Notes: a model not told the origin generated them from the sequence alone. A DNA stretch of 64,000 nucleotides from Escherichia coli (GCF_050320075.1 NZ_CP190018.1); one strand, 5' to 3'; shown: positions 25,686 to 41,192, numbered from the stretch's first letter. A program made the numbers and translations.

Positions 25686-26522
25686 GTGGACGTAAGACAG
25701 AGCATCCACAGTGCGCATGCAAAAACGCTGGATACCCAGGGGCTGCGCAATGAATTTTTGGTTGAAAAGGTATTTGTCGCCGATGAGTACACCATGGTTT
25801 ACAGCCACATTGACCGTATAATTGTTGGCGGCATTATGCCGGTAACTAAAACGGTTTCCGTTGGCGGGGAAGTTGGTAAACAACTCGGCGTAAGCTATTT
25901 CCTGGAACGTCGCGAGTTAGGTGTTATCAATATTGGCGGTGCCGGTACGATTACTGTCGATGGTCAATGCTATGAAATCGGTCACCGCGACGCCCTGTAT
26001 GTTGGTAAAGGTGCAAAAGAAGTTGTCTTTGCCAGTATTGATACCGCCACTCCGGCGAAGTTTTATTACAATTGCGCACCCGCGCATACGACGTATCCCA
26101 CCAAAAAAGTCACACCGGACGAAGTATCTCCAGTCACGTTAGGCGATAACCTCACCAGTAACCGTCGCACGATTAACAAATATTTTGTCCCGGATGTACT
26201 GGAAACCTGCCAATTGAGTATGGGGCTGACGGAGCTGGCTCCGGGTAACTTGTGGAACACCATGCCGTGTCACACCCACGAGCGCCGGATGGAAGTTTAT
26301 TTCTATTTCAATATGGATGATGACGCCTGCGTTTTCCACATGATGGGGCAGCCGCAAGAAACGCGTCATATTGTGATGCATAACGAGCAGGCGGTGATCT
26401 CCCCGAGCTGGTCGATCCATTCCGGTGTCGGAACCAAAGCTTATACCTTTATCTGGGGCATGGTCGGTGAAAACCAGGTCTTTGATGATATGGACCATGT
26501 GGCCGTTAAAGATTTGCGCTAG
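25686..26522 (+). CDS. kduI: 5-dehydro-4-deoxy-D-glucuronate isomerase
   Basis: 278 aa, sequence recognised. GTG start. Confidence 0.95.
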
Positions 26523-26551
26523 TTGTGGGCATAAACGAATAAGGTATTGTT

Positions 26552-27313
26552 ATGATTTTAAGTGCATTTTCTCTCGAAGGTAAAGTTGCGGTCGTCACTG
26601 GTTGTGATACTGGACTGGGTCAGGGGATGGCGTTGGGGCTGGCGCAAGCGGGCTGTGACATTGTTGGCATTAACATCGTTGAACCGACTGAAACCATCAA
26701 GCAGGTCACGGCGCTGGGGCGTCGTTTTTTAAGCCTGACCGCCGATCTGCGAAAGATTGATGGCATTCCAGCACTGCTGGATCGCGCGGTAGCTGAGTTT
26801 GGTCATATTGATATCCTGGTGAATAACGCCGGATTGATTCGGCGCGAAGATGCTCTCGAGTTCAGCGAAAAAGACTGGGACGATGTCATGAACCTGAATA
26901 TCAAGAGCGTATTCTTCATGTCTCAGGCAGCGGCGAAACACTTTATCGCGCAAGGCAATGGCGGCAAGATTATCAATATCGCGTCAATGCTCTCCTTCCA
27001 GGGCGGGATCCGTGTGCCTTCTTATACCGCATCAAAAAGCGGCGTGATGGGCGTGACGCGATTGATGGCGAATGAATGGGCTAAACACAACATTAATGTT
27101 AATGCGATAGCTCCGGGTTACATGGCAACCAACAATACTCAACAACTACGGGCAGATGAACAACGTAGCGCGGAAATTCTCGACCGCATTCCAGCTGGCC
27201 GTTGGGGACTGCCGAGTGACCTGATGGGGCCGGTAGTGTTCCTTGCCTCCAGCGCTTCAGATTATGTGAATGGTTATACCATTGCCGTGGATGGCGGTTG
27301 GCTGGCTCGTTAA
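26552..27313 (+). CDS. kduD: 2-dehydro-3-deoxy-D-gluconate 5-dehydrogenase (SDR)
   Basis: 253 aa with the TGCDTGLG Rossmann motif and YxxxK. Recognised. Confidence 0.95.
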   Translation: MILSAFSLEGKVAVVTGCDTGLGQGMALGLAQAGCDIVGINIVEPTETIKQVTALGRRFLSLTADLRKIDGIPALLDRAVAEFGHIDILVNNAGLIRREDALEFSEKDWDDVMNLNIKSVFFMSQAAAKHFIAQGNGGKIINIASMLSFQGGIRVPSYTASKSGVMGVTRLMANEWAKHNINVNAIAPGYMATNNTQQLRADEQRSAEILDRIPAGRWGLPSDLMGPVVFLASSASDYVNGYTIAVDGGWLAR

Positions 27314-27335
27314 TTCATTTCTCTTACTTTTATGA

Positions 27336-27359
27336 CCCTGCCGCATGGCAGGGTTTTTT
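27336..27359 (+). terminator. kduD intrinsic terminator
   Basis: CCCTGCC-gcat-GGCAGGG followed by T6. Confidence 0.85.
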
Positions 27360-27627
27360 ATACCTGTAGATCATCATAATCCATATCATGGTTATGAAAT
27401 AATCCATATCAATTATCAATTAATGAACTTTATGAATTTTATCTGCTTTAAAATTAGGTGGTTAATAATAATCTCAATTATTCAACTTAATTTGAAAATT
27501 GGAATATCCATCACATAACGACATGTCGTAGCAATTTAATCCATATTTATGCTATTTCCGACCTGACACCTGTGTGAATTGTTCACGTATTTTTTCACTA
27601 TGTCTTACTCTCTGCTGGCAGGAAAAA

Positions 27628-29046
27628 ATGGTTACTATCAATACGGAATCTGCTTTAACGCCACGTCCTCTGCGGGATACGCGGCGTATGAATATGTTTG
27701 TTTCGGTAGCTGCTGCGGTCGCAGGATTGTTATTTGGTCTTGATATCGGCGTAATCGCCGGAGCGTTGCCGTTCATTACCGATCACTTTGTGCTGACCAG
27801 CCGTTTGCAGGAATGGGTGGTCAGTAGCATGATGCTCGGCGCGGCAATTGGTGCGCTGTTTAATGGTTGGCTGTCGTTCCGCCTGGGGCGTAAATACAGC
27901 CTGATGGCGGGGGCCATCCTGTTTGTGCTCGGCTCGATAGGGTCCGCTTTTGCGACCAGCGTAGAGATGTTAATCGCCGCTCGTGTGGTGCTGGGCATTG
28001 CTGTCGGGATCGCGTCTTACACCGCTCCTCTGTATCTTTCTGAAATGGCCAGTGAAAACGTTCGCGGTAAGATGATCAGTATGTACCAGTTGATGGTCAC
28101 ACTCGGCATCGTGCTGGCGTTTTTATCCGATACAGCGTTCAGTTATAGCGGTAACTGGCGCGCAATGTTGGGGGTTCTTGCTTTACCAGCAGTCCTGCTG
28201 ATTATTCTGGTTGTCTTCCTGCCAAATAGCCCGCGCTGGCTGGCGGAAAAAGGGCGTCATATTGAGGCGGAAGAAGTATTGCGTATGCTGCGCGATACGT
28301 CGGAAAAAGCGCGAGAAGAACTCAACGAAATTCGTGAAAGCCTGAAGTTAAAACAGGGCGGTTGGGCACTGTTTAAGATCAACCGTAACGTCCGTCGTGC
28401 TGTATTTCTCGGTATGTTGTTGCAGGCGATGCAGCAGTTTACCGGTATGAACATCATCATGTACTACGCGCCGCGTATCTTCAAAATGGCGGGCTTTACG
28501 ACCACAGAACAACAGATGATTGCGACTCTGGTCGTGGGGCTGACCTTTATGTTCGCCACCTTCATTGCGGTCTTTACGGTAGATAAAGCAGGGCGTAAGC
28601 CGGCTCTGAAAATTGGTTTCAGCGTGATGGCGTTAGGCACTCTGGTGCTGGGTTACTGCCTGATGCAGTTTGATAACGGTACGGCTTCCAGTGGCTTGTC
28701 CTGGCTCTCTGTTGGCATGACGATGATGTGTATTGCCGGTTATGCGATGAGCGCCGCGCCAGTGGTGTGGATCTTGTGCTCTGAAATTCAGCCGCTGAAA
28801 TGCCGCGATTTTGGCATCACCTGCTCAACGACGACAAACTGGGTGTCGAATATGATTATCGGCGCGACCTTCCTGACACTGCTTGATAGCATTGGCGCTG
28901 CCGGTACATTCTGGCTCTACACTGCGCTGAACATTGCGTTTGTGGGCATCACTTTCTGGCTCATTCCGGAAACCAAAAATGTCACCCTGGAACATATCGA
29001 ACGCAAACTGATGGCAGGCGAGAAGTTGAGAAATATCGGCGTCTGA
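27628..29046 (+). CDS. araE: Arabinose:H+ symporter (MFS)
   Basis: 472 aa from [12 protein letters not shown]. Recognised. Confidence 0.95.
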   Translation: MVTINTESALTPRPLRDTRRMNMFVSVAAAVAGLLFGLDIGVIAGALPFITDHFVLTSRLQEWVVSSMMLGAAIGALFNGWLSFRLGRKYSLMAGAILFVLGSIGSAFATSVEMLIAARVVLGIAVGIASYTAPLYLSEMASENVRGKMISMYQLMVTLGIVLAFLSDTAFSYSGNWRAMLGVLALPAVLLIILVVFLPNSPRWLAEKGRHIEAEEVLRMLRDTSEKAREELNEIRESLKLKQGGWALFKINRNVRRAVFLGMLLQAMQQFTGMNIIMYYAPRIFKMAGFTTTEQQMIATLVVGLTFMFATFIAVFTVDKAGRKPALKIGFSVMALGTLVLGYCLMQFDNGTASSGLSWLSVGMTMMCIAGYAMSAAPVVWILCSEIQPLKCRDFGITCSTTTNWVSNMIIGATFLTLLDSIGAAGTFWLYTALNIAFVGITFWLIPETKNVTLEHIERKLMAGEKLRNIGV

Positions 29047-29052
29047 TTTCAC

Positions 29053-29085
29053 GGGCCGGATGTGCTGTACATCCGGCCCTTTTTT
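29053..29085 (+). terminator. araE intrinsic terminator
   Basis: GGGCCGGATGT...ACATCCGGCCC followed by T6. Confidence 0.8.
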
Positions 29086-29795
29086 GTGCACAGAAAACCC
29101 CCAGCTAGGCTGGGGGTTCCGGAAAGCTTTCAGCTTTGAGCCAGTTATTCAAACCCCTTTTGATTTGTTAAAACACCTTGCGGTCTGGCAACTGCAAGTG
29201 TCAAACAAGAAATCAAAAGGGGGTCCCAATGGGGGACGAAAAGAGCTTAGCGCACACCCGCTGGAACTGTAAATATCACATAGTTTTTGCGCCGAAATAC
29301 CGAAGACTGGCGTTTTACGGAGAGAAGCGTAGGGCGATAGGCAGTATTTTGAGAAAGCTGTGTGAGTGGAAAAGCGTACGGATTCTGGAAGCAGAGTGCC
29401 GCGCAGATCATATCCATATGCTTGTGGAAATCCCACCCAAAATGAGCGTATCCGGCTTTATGGGATATCTGAAAGGGAAAAGCAGTCTGATGCTTTACGA
29501 GCAGTTTGGGGATTTGAAATTCAAATACAGAAACAGGGAGTTCTGGTGCCGAGGGTACTATGTCGATACGGTGGGTAAGAACACGGCGAAGATACAGGAC
29601 TACATAAAGCACCAGCTTGAAGAGGATAAAATGGGGGAGCAGTTATCGATTCCATATCCGGGCAGCCCGTTTACGGGCCGTAAGTAACGAAGTTGAATGC
29701 AAATGTCAGATCGTATGCGCCTGTTAGGGCGCGGCTGGTAACAGAGCCTTACAGGCGCATTTGAAAAACCTCCGGCTATGCCGGAGGATATTTAT
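29086..29795 (+). mobile_element. IS200: IS200-type element (IS200/IS605 family). The ends are approximate.
   Basis: Left-end perfect hairpin at 29096-29118. A long stem occludes the tnpA RBS (CCCCTTTTGATTT...AAATCAAAAGGGG). A 152 aa Y1 transposase is present, and right-end hairpins lie at about 29718-29790. Confidence 0.8.
29229..29687 (+). CDS. tnpA: IS200 TnpA (Y1/HUH transposase)
   Basis: MGDEKSLAHTRWNCKYHIVFAPKYRR..., HIHMLV (the HUH motif) and GYYVDTVG. 152 aa. Confidence 0.9.
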   Translation: MGDEKSLAHTRWNCKYHIVFAPKYRRLAFYGEKRRAIGSILRKLCEWKSVRILEAECRADHIHMLVEIPPKMSVSGFMGYLKGKSSLMLYEQFGDLKFKYRNREFWCRGYYVDTVGKNTAKIQDYIKHQLEEDKMGEQLSIPYPGSPFTGRK

Positions 29796-29885
29796 TCGTT
29801 AATAGAGATTGGGCACCTGGCCGTTGAGGCGTTTGTCTCGTTCCTTATTCAGCCTTGTTGCGGTAACACACATCAGGAGAGAGGA

Positions 29886-30578
29886 ATGAAAACAATTGGT
29901 TTGCTGGGAGGAATGAGTTGGGAATCCACTATTCCTTATTATCGTCTGATTAATGAAGGTATTAAACAGCGGCTTGGTGGGCTTCACTCTGCGCAAGTGC
30001 TGCTACATAGCGTCGATTTTCATGAAATAGAAGAGTGCCAGCGTCGCGGCGAGTGGGACAAAACCGGGGACATTTTGGCTGAGGCGGCGCTTGGCTTACA
30101 GCGGGCGGGCGCAGAAGGCATTGTGTTATGTACCAATACGATGCACAAAGTGGCGGATGCCATTGAGTCTCGTTGCTCTCTGCCTTTCTTACACATTGCG
30201 GATGCCACCGGACGTGCAATTACCGGGGCCGGGATGACTCGTGTGGCGCTGCTGGGTACGCGTTACACCATGGAACAGGATTTTTATCGCGGGCGGCTGA
30301 CGGAACAATTTTCCATCAACTGTCTCATTCCTGAAGCGGATGAACGGGCGAAAATTAATCAGATTATTTTTGAAGAACTGTGTCTGGGGCAATTTACCGA
30401 AGCGTCACGCACTTATTATGCGCAAGTGATTGCTCGCCTTGCAGAACAGGGCGCACAGGGCGTCATTTTTGGCTGTACGGAAATTGGTTTACTGGTGCCA
30501 GAAGAGCGCAGTGTTCTGCCTGTGTTTGATACCGCGGCGATCCATGCCGAGGATGCTGTCGCTTTTATGCTGTCGTAG
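29886..30578 (+). CDS. ygeA: Asp/Glu racemase-family amino-acid racemase
   Basis: 230 aa from [15 protein letters not shown]. Recognised. Confidence 0.9.
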   Translation: MKTIGLLGGMSWESTIPYYRLINEGIKQRLGGLHSAQVLLHSVDFHEIEECQRRGEWDKTGDILAEAALGLQRAGAEGIVLCTNTMHKVADAIESRCSLPFLHIADATGRAITGAGMTRVALLGTRYTMEQDFYRGRLTEQFSINCLIPEADERAKINQIIFEELCLGQFTEASRTYYAQVIARLAEQGAQGVIFGCTEIGLLVPEERSVLPVFDTAAIHAEDAVAFMLS

Positions 30579-31500
30579 CTGACGACAAAATAGCGTCAAG
30601 AGAAGTGACCAGTTTCGGTAATCCCGCTTGTAAATGCTCACTAAACGCCTGAACCAGCGCTGATGACGGGCGGTGCAGGGGGCGGATCAGGCTGACGGTG
30701 AACGGAACCGCAATACTGAACCGCCGCACCACTAAACCGCTTGCCGCATAATCCAGTGCGGTGAGCGGGTTAACCACCGAAACACCTACCCCCGCCCGTA
30801 CCATTGCGCAGACTGACGCGGCGCTGTGGGTTTCTACGATCATGCGTCGTTTAACCTGATGTTCAGTAAACAATTGATCCAGCAACTGGCGATAGCTGTC
30901 AGTACGGGAAAGGCTGATGTAGTTCTCACTGTGAAAATCTTCTGGCGTTAATATCTCTTTTGCCGCCAGCGGATGACCCGGAGGTAACACACACACTTCA
31001 TCTAAAGAGAGTAATTCGGTACGTTCTGTTCCCGCAGGCGTATGGAGCGTCTCAGTGAGCCCTAAATCATGACGCTGGGCCGAGAGCCACTCTTCAAGTA
31101 GAGGTGATTCCTGGGGCACGATATTTAAGCTGACATCGGGATAACGTGCCAGAAAGGGTTGCAGGAGCTGCGGTAAAAAAGATTGCGAAAAGACCGGCAG
31201 GCAGGCTATAGACAGTTCTCCCTGGCGAAACTCGCGCAGACTTTCTGCGGCGCTGACAATGCGATCCAGTCCGTACCAGGATCGTTGCACTTCTTCAAAC
31301 AGACGCAGTCCTTGCACGGTAGGATGTAATCGTCCACGTACGCGCTCAAACAATTTCAGCCCGATCACCTTCTCAAAGCGCGCCAGTTCGCGGCTGACTG
31401 TTGGCTGTGAGGTGTGTAGCAGGTGTGCCGCCTCAGTCAGGCTTCCGGCGGTCATTACCGCATGAAAAATTTCAATATGACGTAAGTTAACGGCGGCCAT
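30565..31500 (-). CDS. lysR: LysR transcriptional activator of lysA
   Basis: 311 aa LTTR, divergent from lysA. Confidence 0.95.
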   Translation of the reverse strand: MAAVNLRHIEIFHAVMTAGSLTEAAHLLHTSQPTVSRELARFEKVIGLKLFERVRGRLHPTVQGLRLFEEVQRSWYGLDRIVSAAESLREFRQGELSIACLPVFSQSFLPQLLQPFLARYPDVSLNIVPQESPLLEEWLSAQRHDLGLTETLHTPAGTERTELLSLDEVCVLPPGHPLAAKEILTPEDFHSENYISLSRTDSYRQLLDQLFTEHQVKRRMIVETHSAASVCAMVRAGVGVSVVNPLTALDYAASGLVVRRFSIAVPFTVSLIRPLHRPSSALVQAFSEHLQAGLPKLVTSLDAILSSATTA

Positions 31501-31621
31501 TAGCGCTCTCTCGCAATCCGGTAATCCATATCATTTTTGCATAGACTCAACATAAATCGATATTTTTTATTCTTTTTATGATGTGGCGTAATCATAAAAA
31601 AGCACTTATCTGGAGTTTGTT

Positions 31622-32884
31622 ATGCCACATTCACTGTTCAGCACCGATACCGACCTCACCGCCGAAAATCTGCTGCGTTTGCCCGCAGAATTTGGCTGCC
31701 CGGTGTGGGCCTACGATGCGCAAATTATTCGTCGGCAGATTGCAGCGCTGAAACAGTTTGATGTGGTGCGCTTCGCACAGAAAGCCTGTTCCAATATTCA
31801 TATTTTGCGCTTAATGCGTGAGCAGGGCGTGAAAGTGGATTCCGTCTCGTTAGGCGAAATAGAGCGTGCGTTGGCGGCGGGTTACAATCCGCAAACGCAC
31901 CCCGATGATATTGTTTTTACGGCAGATGTTATCGATCAGGCGACGCTTGAACGCGTCAGTGAATTGCAAATTCCGGTGAATGCGGGTTCTGTTGATATGC
32001 TCGACCAACTGGGTCAGGTTTCGCCAGGGCATCGGGTATGGCTGCGTGTTAATCCGGGGTTTGGTCACGGGCATAGCCAAAAAACCAATACTGGTGGCGA
32101 AAACAGCAAGCACGGTATCTGGTACACCGATCTGCCCGCCGCACTGGACGTGATACAACGTCATCATCTACAGCTGGTCGGCATTCACATGCACATTGGT
32201 TCTGGCGTTGATTATGCCCATCTGGAACAGGTATGTGGTGCTATGGTGCGTCTGGTCCTCGAATTCGGTCAGGATTTACAGGCTATTTCTGCGGGTGGTG
32301 GGCTTTCTATTCCTTATCAACAGGGTGAAGAGGCGGTTGATACCGAACATTATTATGGTCTGTGGAATGCCGCGCGTGAGCAAATCGCCCGCCATTTGGG
32401 CCACCCTGTGAAACTGGAAATTGAACCGGGTCGCTTCCTGGTAGCGCAGTCTGGCGTGTTAATTACTCAGGTGCGGAGCGTCAAACAAATGGGTAGCCGC
32501 CACTTTGTGCTGGTTGATGCCGGGTTTAACGATCTGATGCGCCCGGCAATGTACGGTAGTTACCACCATATCAGTGCCCTGGCAGCTGATGGTCGTTCTC
32601 TGGAACACGCACCAACGGTGGAAACCGTCGTCGCCGGGCCGTTATGTGAATCGGGCGATGTCTTTACCCAGCAGGAAGGGGGAAATGTTGAAACCCGCGC
32701 CTTGCCGGAAGTGAAGGCGGGTGATTATCTGGTATTGCATGATACGGGGGCATATGGCGCATCAATGTCATCCAACTACAATAGCCGTCCGCTGTTACCA
32801 GAAGTTCTGTTTGATAATGGTCAGGCGCGGTTAATTCGCCGTCGCCAGACCATCGAAGAATTACTGGCACTGGAATTGCTTTAA
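31622..32884 (+). CDS. lysA: Diaminopimelate decarboxylase
   Basis: 420 aa, recognised. Confidence 0.95.
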   Translation: MPHSLFSTDTDLTAENLLRLPAEFGCPVWAYDAQIIRRQIAALKQFDVVRFAQKACSNIHILRLMREQGVKVDSVSLGEIERALAAGYNPQTHPDDIVFTADVIDQATLERVSELQIPVNAGSVDMLDQLGQVSPGHRVWLRVNPGFGHGHSQKTNTGGENSKHGIWYTDLPAALDVIQRHHLQLVGIHMHIGSGVDYAHLEQVCGAMVRLVLEFGQDLQAISAGGGLSIPYQQGEEAVDTEHYYGLWNAAREQIARHLGHPVKLEIEPGRFLVAQSGVLITQVRSVKQMGSRHFVLVDAGFNDLMRPAMYGSYHHISALAADGRSLEHAPTVETVVAGPLCESGDVFTQQEGGNVETRALPEVKAGDYLVLHDTGAYGASMSSNYNSRPLLPEVLFDNGQARLIRRRQTIEELLALELL

Positions 32885-32890
32885 CTGCGG

Positions 32891-33922
32891 TTAGTCGCTG
32901 GTTGCATGATGACTTGCCTCCAGCGACGGAGTTGACACTGAATGGCGACGTACCAGCGTCGGACTAAAGACATTAGTGATTTCCGGGAGAGGGCGATTAT
33001 CCGCCAGTGCCAAAGCCAGTTCGGCAGCCTGCGTCGCCATCGTCACGATTGGGTAACGCACGGTGGTCAGGCGCGGACGCACATAGCGTGACACCAGCAC
33101 ATCATCAAAGCCAATTAACGAAATCTCACCCGGTACATCAATACCATTATCATTGAGAACGCCCATCGCACCCGCCGCCATTGAATCGTTATAACAGGCT
33201 ACCGCAGTGAAATTTCTGCCTCGTCCCAAAAGCTCGGTCATTGCCTGTTCGCCGCCGCTTTCGTCTGGTTCGCCAAATGTCACCAGCCGGTCATTGGCCG
33301 CAATACCACTTTCAGCAAGGGCATCGTAATACCCTTGCAGACGATCTTCGGCGTCAGAAATAGAGTGGTTAGAACACAGATAACCAATGCGGGTATGACC
33401 TTGCTGAATTAAATGACGCGTTGCCAGCCAGGCACCGTAACGATCGTCCAGAGCAATACAACGGTTTTCAAAGCCAGGCAGGATACGGTTGATCAGCACC
33501 ATACCGGGCATTTGTTTCATTAATGAGGCTAAATCGGCATCCGGTATCATTTTGGCATGGACGACCAACGCAGCACAGCGATGGCGGATCAGTTGCTCAA
33601 TAGCCTGACGCTCTTTTTGTTCGTTGTGGTAACCGTTGCCAATCAATAAAAAATTACCAGTGTGATAAGCCACCTGTTCGACCGCTTTCACCATTGCACC
33701 GAAAAACGGATCGGAAACATCACCAACGACCAGACCGACCGTTTCAGTGGTCTGCTGCGCCAGCGCACGGGCGTTGGCGTTCGGGTGATAGCTAAGAGAC
33801 TCCATTGCACTATGCACAGCAAGCCGGGAAGCTTCGCTGGCTTTGGGTGAATTATTAATGACGCGGGAAACGGTGGCGACTGAAACGCCTGCCAGTCGGG
33901 CTACATCCTTTATGGTCGCCAT
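32891..33922 (-). CDS. galR: Galactose repressor (LacI family)
   Basis: 343 aa, MATIKDVARLAGVSVATVSRV. Confidence 0.95.
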   Translation of the reverse strand: MATIKDVARLAGVSVATVSRVINNSPKASEASRLAVHSAMESLSYHPNANARALAQQTTETVGLVVGDVSDPFFGAMVKAVEQVAYHTGNFLLIGNGYHNEQKERQAIEQLIRHRCAALVVHAKMIPDADLASLMKQMPGMVLINRILPGFENRCIALDDRYGAWLATRHLIQQGHTRIGYLCSNHSISDAEDRLQGYYDALAESGIAANDRLVTFGEPDESGGEQAMTELLGRGRNFTAVACYNDSMAAGAMGVLNDNGIDVPGEISLIGFDDVLVSRYVRPRLTTVRYPIVTMATQAAELALALADNRPLPEITNVFSPTLVRRHSVSTPSLEASHHATSD

Positions 33923-34135
33923 GAAAATACCTTAGTGGGTAAACGCTTACATTCTTTCAGTGTTACGGAAAACGCCCGTTGGTTCAAGGGGTGGCGTGTT
34001 TTCATCGTGGGAATGTGAGCCAAACGCAAATAAGTAAGACAAAAAAAGAGATTGCAAACCTTTGGTTACACTTTGCGAAACGCTGTTGCGATTGACCGCT
34101 GGTGGCGTTTGGCTTCAGGTTGCTAAAGTGGTGAT

Positions 34136-34218
34136 CCCAGAGGTATTGATAGGTGAAGTCAACTTCGGGTTGAGCACATGAATTACACCAGCCTGCGCAG
34201 ATGCGCAGGTTTTTTTTT
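34136..34218 (+). ncRNA. omrB: OmrB small RNA
   Basis: Starts CCCAGAGGTATTGATAGGTGAAGTC and ends with the GCCTGCGCAGATGCGCAGG-T9 terminator. It matches my recollection of OmrB, and it lies between galR and aas. Confidence 0.9.
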
Positions 34219-34332
34219 GCCGGTCATCAATCTGTAACAGTAACCGACAATTTACACACCTCGTTGCATTTCCCTTCATTCCTTTGCGTTTTCTCACTGG
34301 CGAAGAGTCGTCGTGCAGACCACAATCAAGAT

Positions 34333-34420
34333 CCCAGAGGTATTGATTGGTGAGATTATTCGGTACGCTCTTCGTACCCTGTCTCTTGCACCAACCTGCG
34401 CGGATGCGCAGGTTTTTTTT
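34333..34420 (+). ncRNA. omrA: OmrA small RNA
   Basis: Starts CCCAGAGGTATTGATTGGTGAGATTATTCGG and ends with the CCTGCGCGGATGCGCAGG-T8 terminator. 88 nt. Confidence 0.9.
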
Positions 34421-34486
34421 CGCACCTAATTTACTGTCGCTCGCGTTCTTTATCTCGTGTAATCTCCCTCCATTCGCTTTTACTGA

Positions 34487-37853
<3,367 letters not shown>

Positions 37854-37884
37854 TATTTAACGCCGGTTTTAACCGGCGTTAATC

Positions 37885-38925
37885 TTATGGTGCCGGATAA
37901 GTATAAACCTGATGTACCGCTTCAATTTCAGCTAATACGTCTTCGCTTAACTCCAGATGCAAACTTTCGACGTTAGTTTTCAGCTGCTCCATCGTGGTTG
38001 CGCCCAGCAGAGTGCTGGCAACAAACGGTTGACGGCGTACAAAAGCGAGCGCCATCTGAGCAGGATCCAGGCCATGACGTCTGGCGATATCAACATACGC
38101 CGCGACGGCTTTTTGCGTTTGCTCACCGCTATAGCGGGTGAAGCGACTAAAGAGCGTATTACGTGCGCCAGCGGGTTTTGCACCATTGAGATATTTCCCG
38201 GTCAGTGTGCCGAAACCCAGGCACGAATAGGCCAGCAGTTCGACCCCTTCATACTGGCTGACTTCTGCCAGACCTACTTCAAAACTGCGGTTTAACAGGC
38301 TGTAGGGGTTCTGAATGGTGACAATACGCGGCAGATCGTGTTTGTCCGCCAGATGCAGGTAGCGCATTACGCCAAATGCAGTTTCGTTCGACACGCCGAT
38401 ATAACGAATTTTTCCCGCGCGTTGGTACTCTGCCAGTGCGTCCAGCGTATCCAGCAGCGAAACCGCAGGCGCAGAATCTGTCCAGCTATAACCGAGTTTG
38501 CCGAAGCAGTTGGTTGGGCGCTGCGGCCAGTGCACCTGATAGAGATCGAGGTAATCAGTCTGCAGACGCTTGAGGCTGTCATGCAGCGCTTCGCGGATAT
38601 TCTTCCGATCCAGCGCCTGATCCGGGCGGATGCCCTTGTCATTATTGCGCGACGGTCCGCTCACTTTGGAGGCGATAATTAACTTTTCGCGGCTGCCATG
38701 TTTCGCCAGCCAGTTGCCGACGTAGGTTTCAGTCAACCCTTGCGTTTCGGGGCGCGGAGGTACTGGGTACATTTCGGCAACGTCGATAAGGTTAATGCCC
38801 TGAGCGACGGCATAGTCGAGTTGTGCGTGGGCGTCGGCTTCGCTGTTCTGTTCACCAAACGTCATCGTGCCAAGCCCCAGCGTGCTGACTTCCAGCGAAC
38901 TGTGGGGTATACGGTGATATTGCAT
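37885..38925 (-). CDS. tas: Aldo-keto reductase Tas
   Basis: 346 aa, recognised. Confidence 0.95.
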   Translation of the reverse strand: MQYHRIPHSSLEVSTLGLGTMTFGEQNSEADAHAQLDYAVAQGINLIDVAEMYPVPPRPETQGLTETYVGNWLAKHGSREKLIIASKVSGPSRNNDKGIRPDQALDRKNIREALHDSLKRLQTDYLDLYQVHWPQRPTNCFGKLGYSWTDSAPAVSLLDTLDALAEYQRAGKIRYIGVSNETAFGVMRYLHLADKHDLPRIVTIQNPYSLLNRSFEVGLAEVSQYEGVELLAYSCLGFGTLTGKYLNGAKPAGARNTLFSRFTRYSGEQTQKAVAAYVDIARRHGLDPAQMALAFVRRQPFVASTLLGATTMEQLKTNVESLHLELSEDVLAEIEAVHQVYTYPAP

Positions 38926-39032
38926 AGCCGTTTCCTTTTTATAATCACGACATAAGGAATATAAAAATGGCAGAGGGAAGGGAAAAGGGAAAGAGAAAAA
39001 TCTTAAGGCCAGCCGGATGCTGACCTTATTAG

Positions 39033-39251
39033 TTAACGTTCAATAATTTGCGAAACATCATCACGGTTAATTTGCATCGCGTTACCTTGCTGATCGTGAT
39101 AACTCACCAGCCCGGTATCATCATCAATTTCAGGTTTTCCATCGGTCAAAATCATACGGCCATCTTTGGTCGCCATGACGTAATCACTGGAACACCCGGA
39201 AACAGCAAACGCCAGTCCGACTGCAGAAATTATTACTGCCCATTTTTTCAT
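39033..39251 (-). CDS. ygdR: Small lipoprotein
   Basis: 72 aa with the lipobox FAVSGC. Confidence 0.9.
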
Positions 39252-39388
39252 CCGGTTATCCTCATTTGGCCCACCTATGATAATAGTCTGTTTATAAACC
39301 GACGTTATATATCTTGAAAGCAGGAAAATCTTAAACTGTGAGGGGAACAGGAGTGAGTACGCCCTCCCGCAGGAGAGCGTACGGAGTA

Positions 39389-40102
39389 TCAGAGCGGGTT
39401 CTTTTTGTTGCGAATAAGGTTGAGGCTTTCAACCGCAATAGAGAAGAACATCGCGAAGTAGATGTAACCTTTCGGTACGTGGATGTCGAAACTTTCCAGA
39501 ATCAGGGTAAAGCCCACCAGAATCAGGAAAGAGAGCGCCAGCATTTTTACCGAAGGATGGCGCTCGACAAAATCACCAATCGAACGCGCAGCGAACATCA
39601 TCACGCCTACGGCAATTACCACGGCTGCCATCATAATAAACAGGTGATCTGACAGACCCACAGCGGTAATCACTGAATCGAGGCTGAAGATAATATCCAG
39701 CAGCATAATCTGCACGATAGCGCCGAGGAATGATGAAACGCGTGTTTTCAGCCCTTCTTCTTCACCTTCGATGGATTCGTGGATTTCCTTGCTGGCTTTC
39801 CAGATAAGGAACAAGCCACCCAGAAGCAGAATCAAATCACGGGCGGAAATTTCCTGACTGAATATTGTAAAAAGCGGATTCGTCAGGCGCGTAACCCAGG
39901 CGATGGATGCCAGCAGCGCCAGACGCATAACCATGGCTCCCGCCAACCCCAGACGGCGCGCATGAGCACGTTGTGCTGTGGGAAGCTTTGCCACCACCAG
40001 AGAAAGGAAAATAATATTGTCGATCCCAAGAACGATCTCCAGCAGCGTCAGCGTACCGAGCGCAAGCCAGGCGTTAGGATCGGTTATCCATGCAAATAAC
40101 AT
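39389..40102 (-). CDS. ygdQ: TerC-family membrane protein
   Basis: 237 aa polytopic protein. Confidence 0.9.
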
Positions 40103-40170
40103 CTAAAAAGCCCTGCCAAAAAAATGAAGCGGTAATTATATGCCCGGAAAGCGGCAGGTCAAAGCGATGG

Positions 40171-40860
40171 CTACTGGATCAGAAAATGACGGGCCAGTAG
40201 TGCACTGGTGAAATTCTTCTTCAAATAAAAGCCGCGTGGCAGCGTCAGAATCCGTTCGCCCCGGGCACCAATGGCTTCGGTAAGTGCTTTCGCATTCGCT
40301 GCTTTCGGTCGTATCTGTAAATATTCCCCGTGACGAGCGGTAATCCGCTCAACCTGACCGAGAACAATCATATCCATTAATTCTTCCCAGTCTTCGCGTA
40401 GCTGTCGGTCTTCCTCTTCATTCGGGCTCCACAGTAACGGTGATCCTACGCGACGCTGCGCCAGCGGGATGCTGCGCTCGCCTTCAACCGGTATCCACAG
40501 TACGCGTTTGAGCTTGTGGCGTACGTGGCTGGTTTCCCAGGTCACCCCGCTATTACCCGTTAACGGGGCAACACAAACGAATGTTGTTTCCAGCGGACGA
40601 CCAAGACTATCCACAGGGATAGTTTTAAGTTCCACGCCCAGGGCAGCAAAATCTTGCTCAGGTTTACTTCCTGCGCTGGCACCTAGCCAGATCTCCAGTA
40701 ACACGCCAATCCAGCCCTTATCGCGTTTTAAATTCTCTGGTGTAACCAGCCCGGCAAGTGCCGCCAGTTCTCCCAATGTATAACCAGAAAGTTGCTGTGC
40801 TTGCGCTAACAACTGTTCTTCAGTTTCGGGAGGAGAGAGCAGTGGGCGAGGTTGGGACAT
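40171..40860 (-). CDS. mutH: Mismatch-repair endonuclease MutH
   Basis: 229 aa, recognised. Confidence 0.95.
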
Positions 40861-41045
40861 GTCACGATACCTTGGTTAAAAAATAAACAGCAATTATGTG
40901 CCGAATATTCGTAGTGTAACTTTTTCCACATGCGTTGTTCAATTCTCTGATTTATATTGCTTTTTAGGCTTCCTGTAATCGAGTTGCGCAACACTGCAAC
41001 GGGTTTTCCAAATCTGGTCACTGAAAATAAACAGGATCTTACACC

Positions 41046-41192
41046 ATGTTATCCACAGAAAGCTGGGATAACTGTGAAAAACCTCCACTACTGTTTCCAT
41101 TTACAGCCTTGACGTGCGACGAAACTCCAGTTTTTAGTGGTTCAGTGCTTAACTTAGTGGCACATTCTGTGGATAAATACCGCATTGGTTGA
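41046..41192 (+). CDS. ygdT: Small protein YgdT (48 aa)
   Basis: Hand-translated as MLSTESWDNCEKPPLLFPFTALTCDETPVF.... The position between mutH and rppH is as in K-12. Confidence 0.55.
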   Translation: MLSTESWDNCEKPPLLFPFTALTCDETPVFSGSVLNLVAHSVDKYRIG

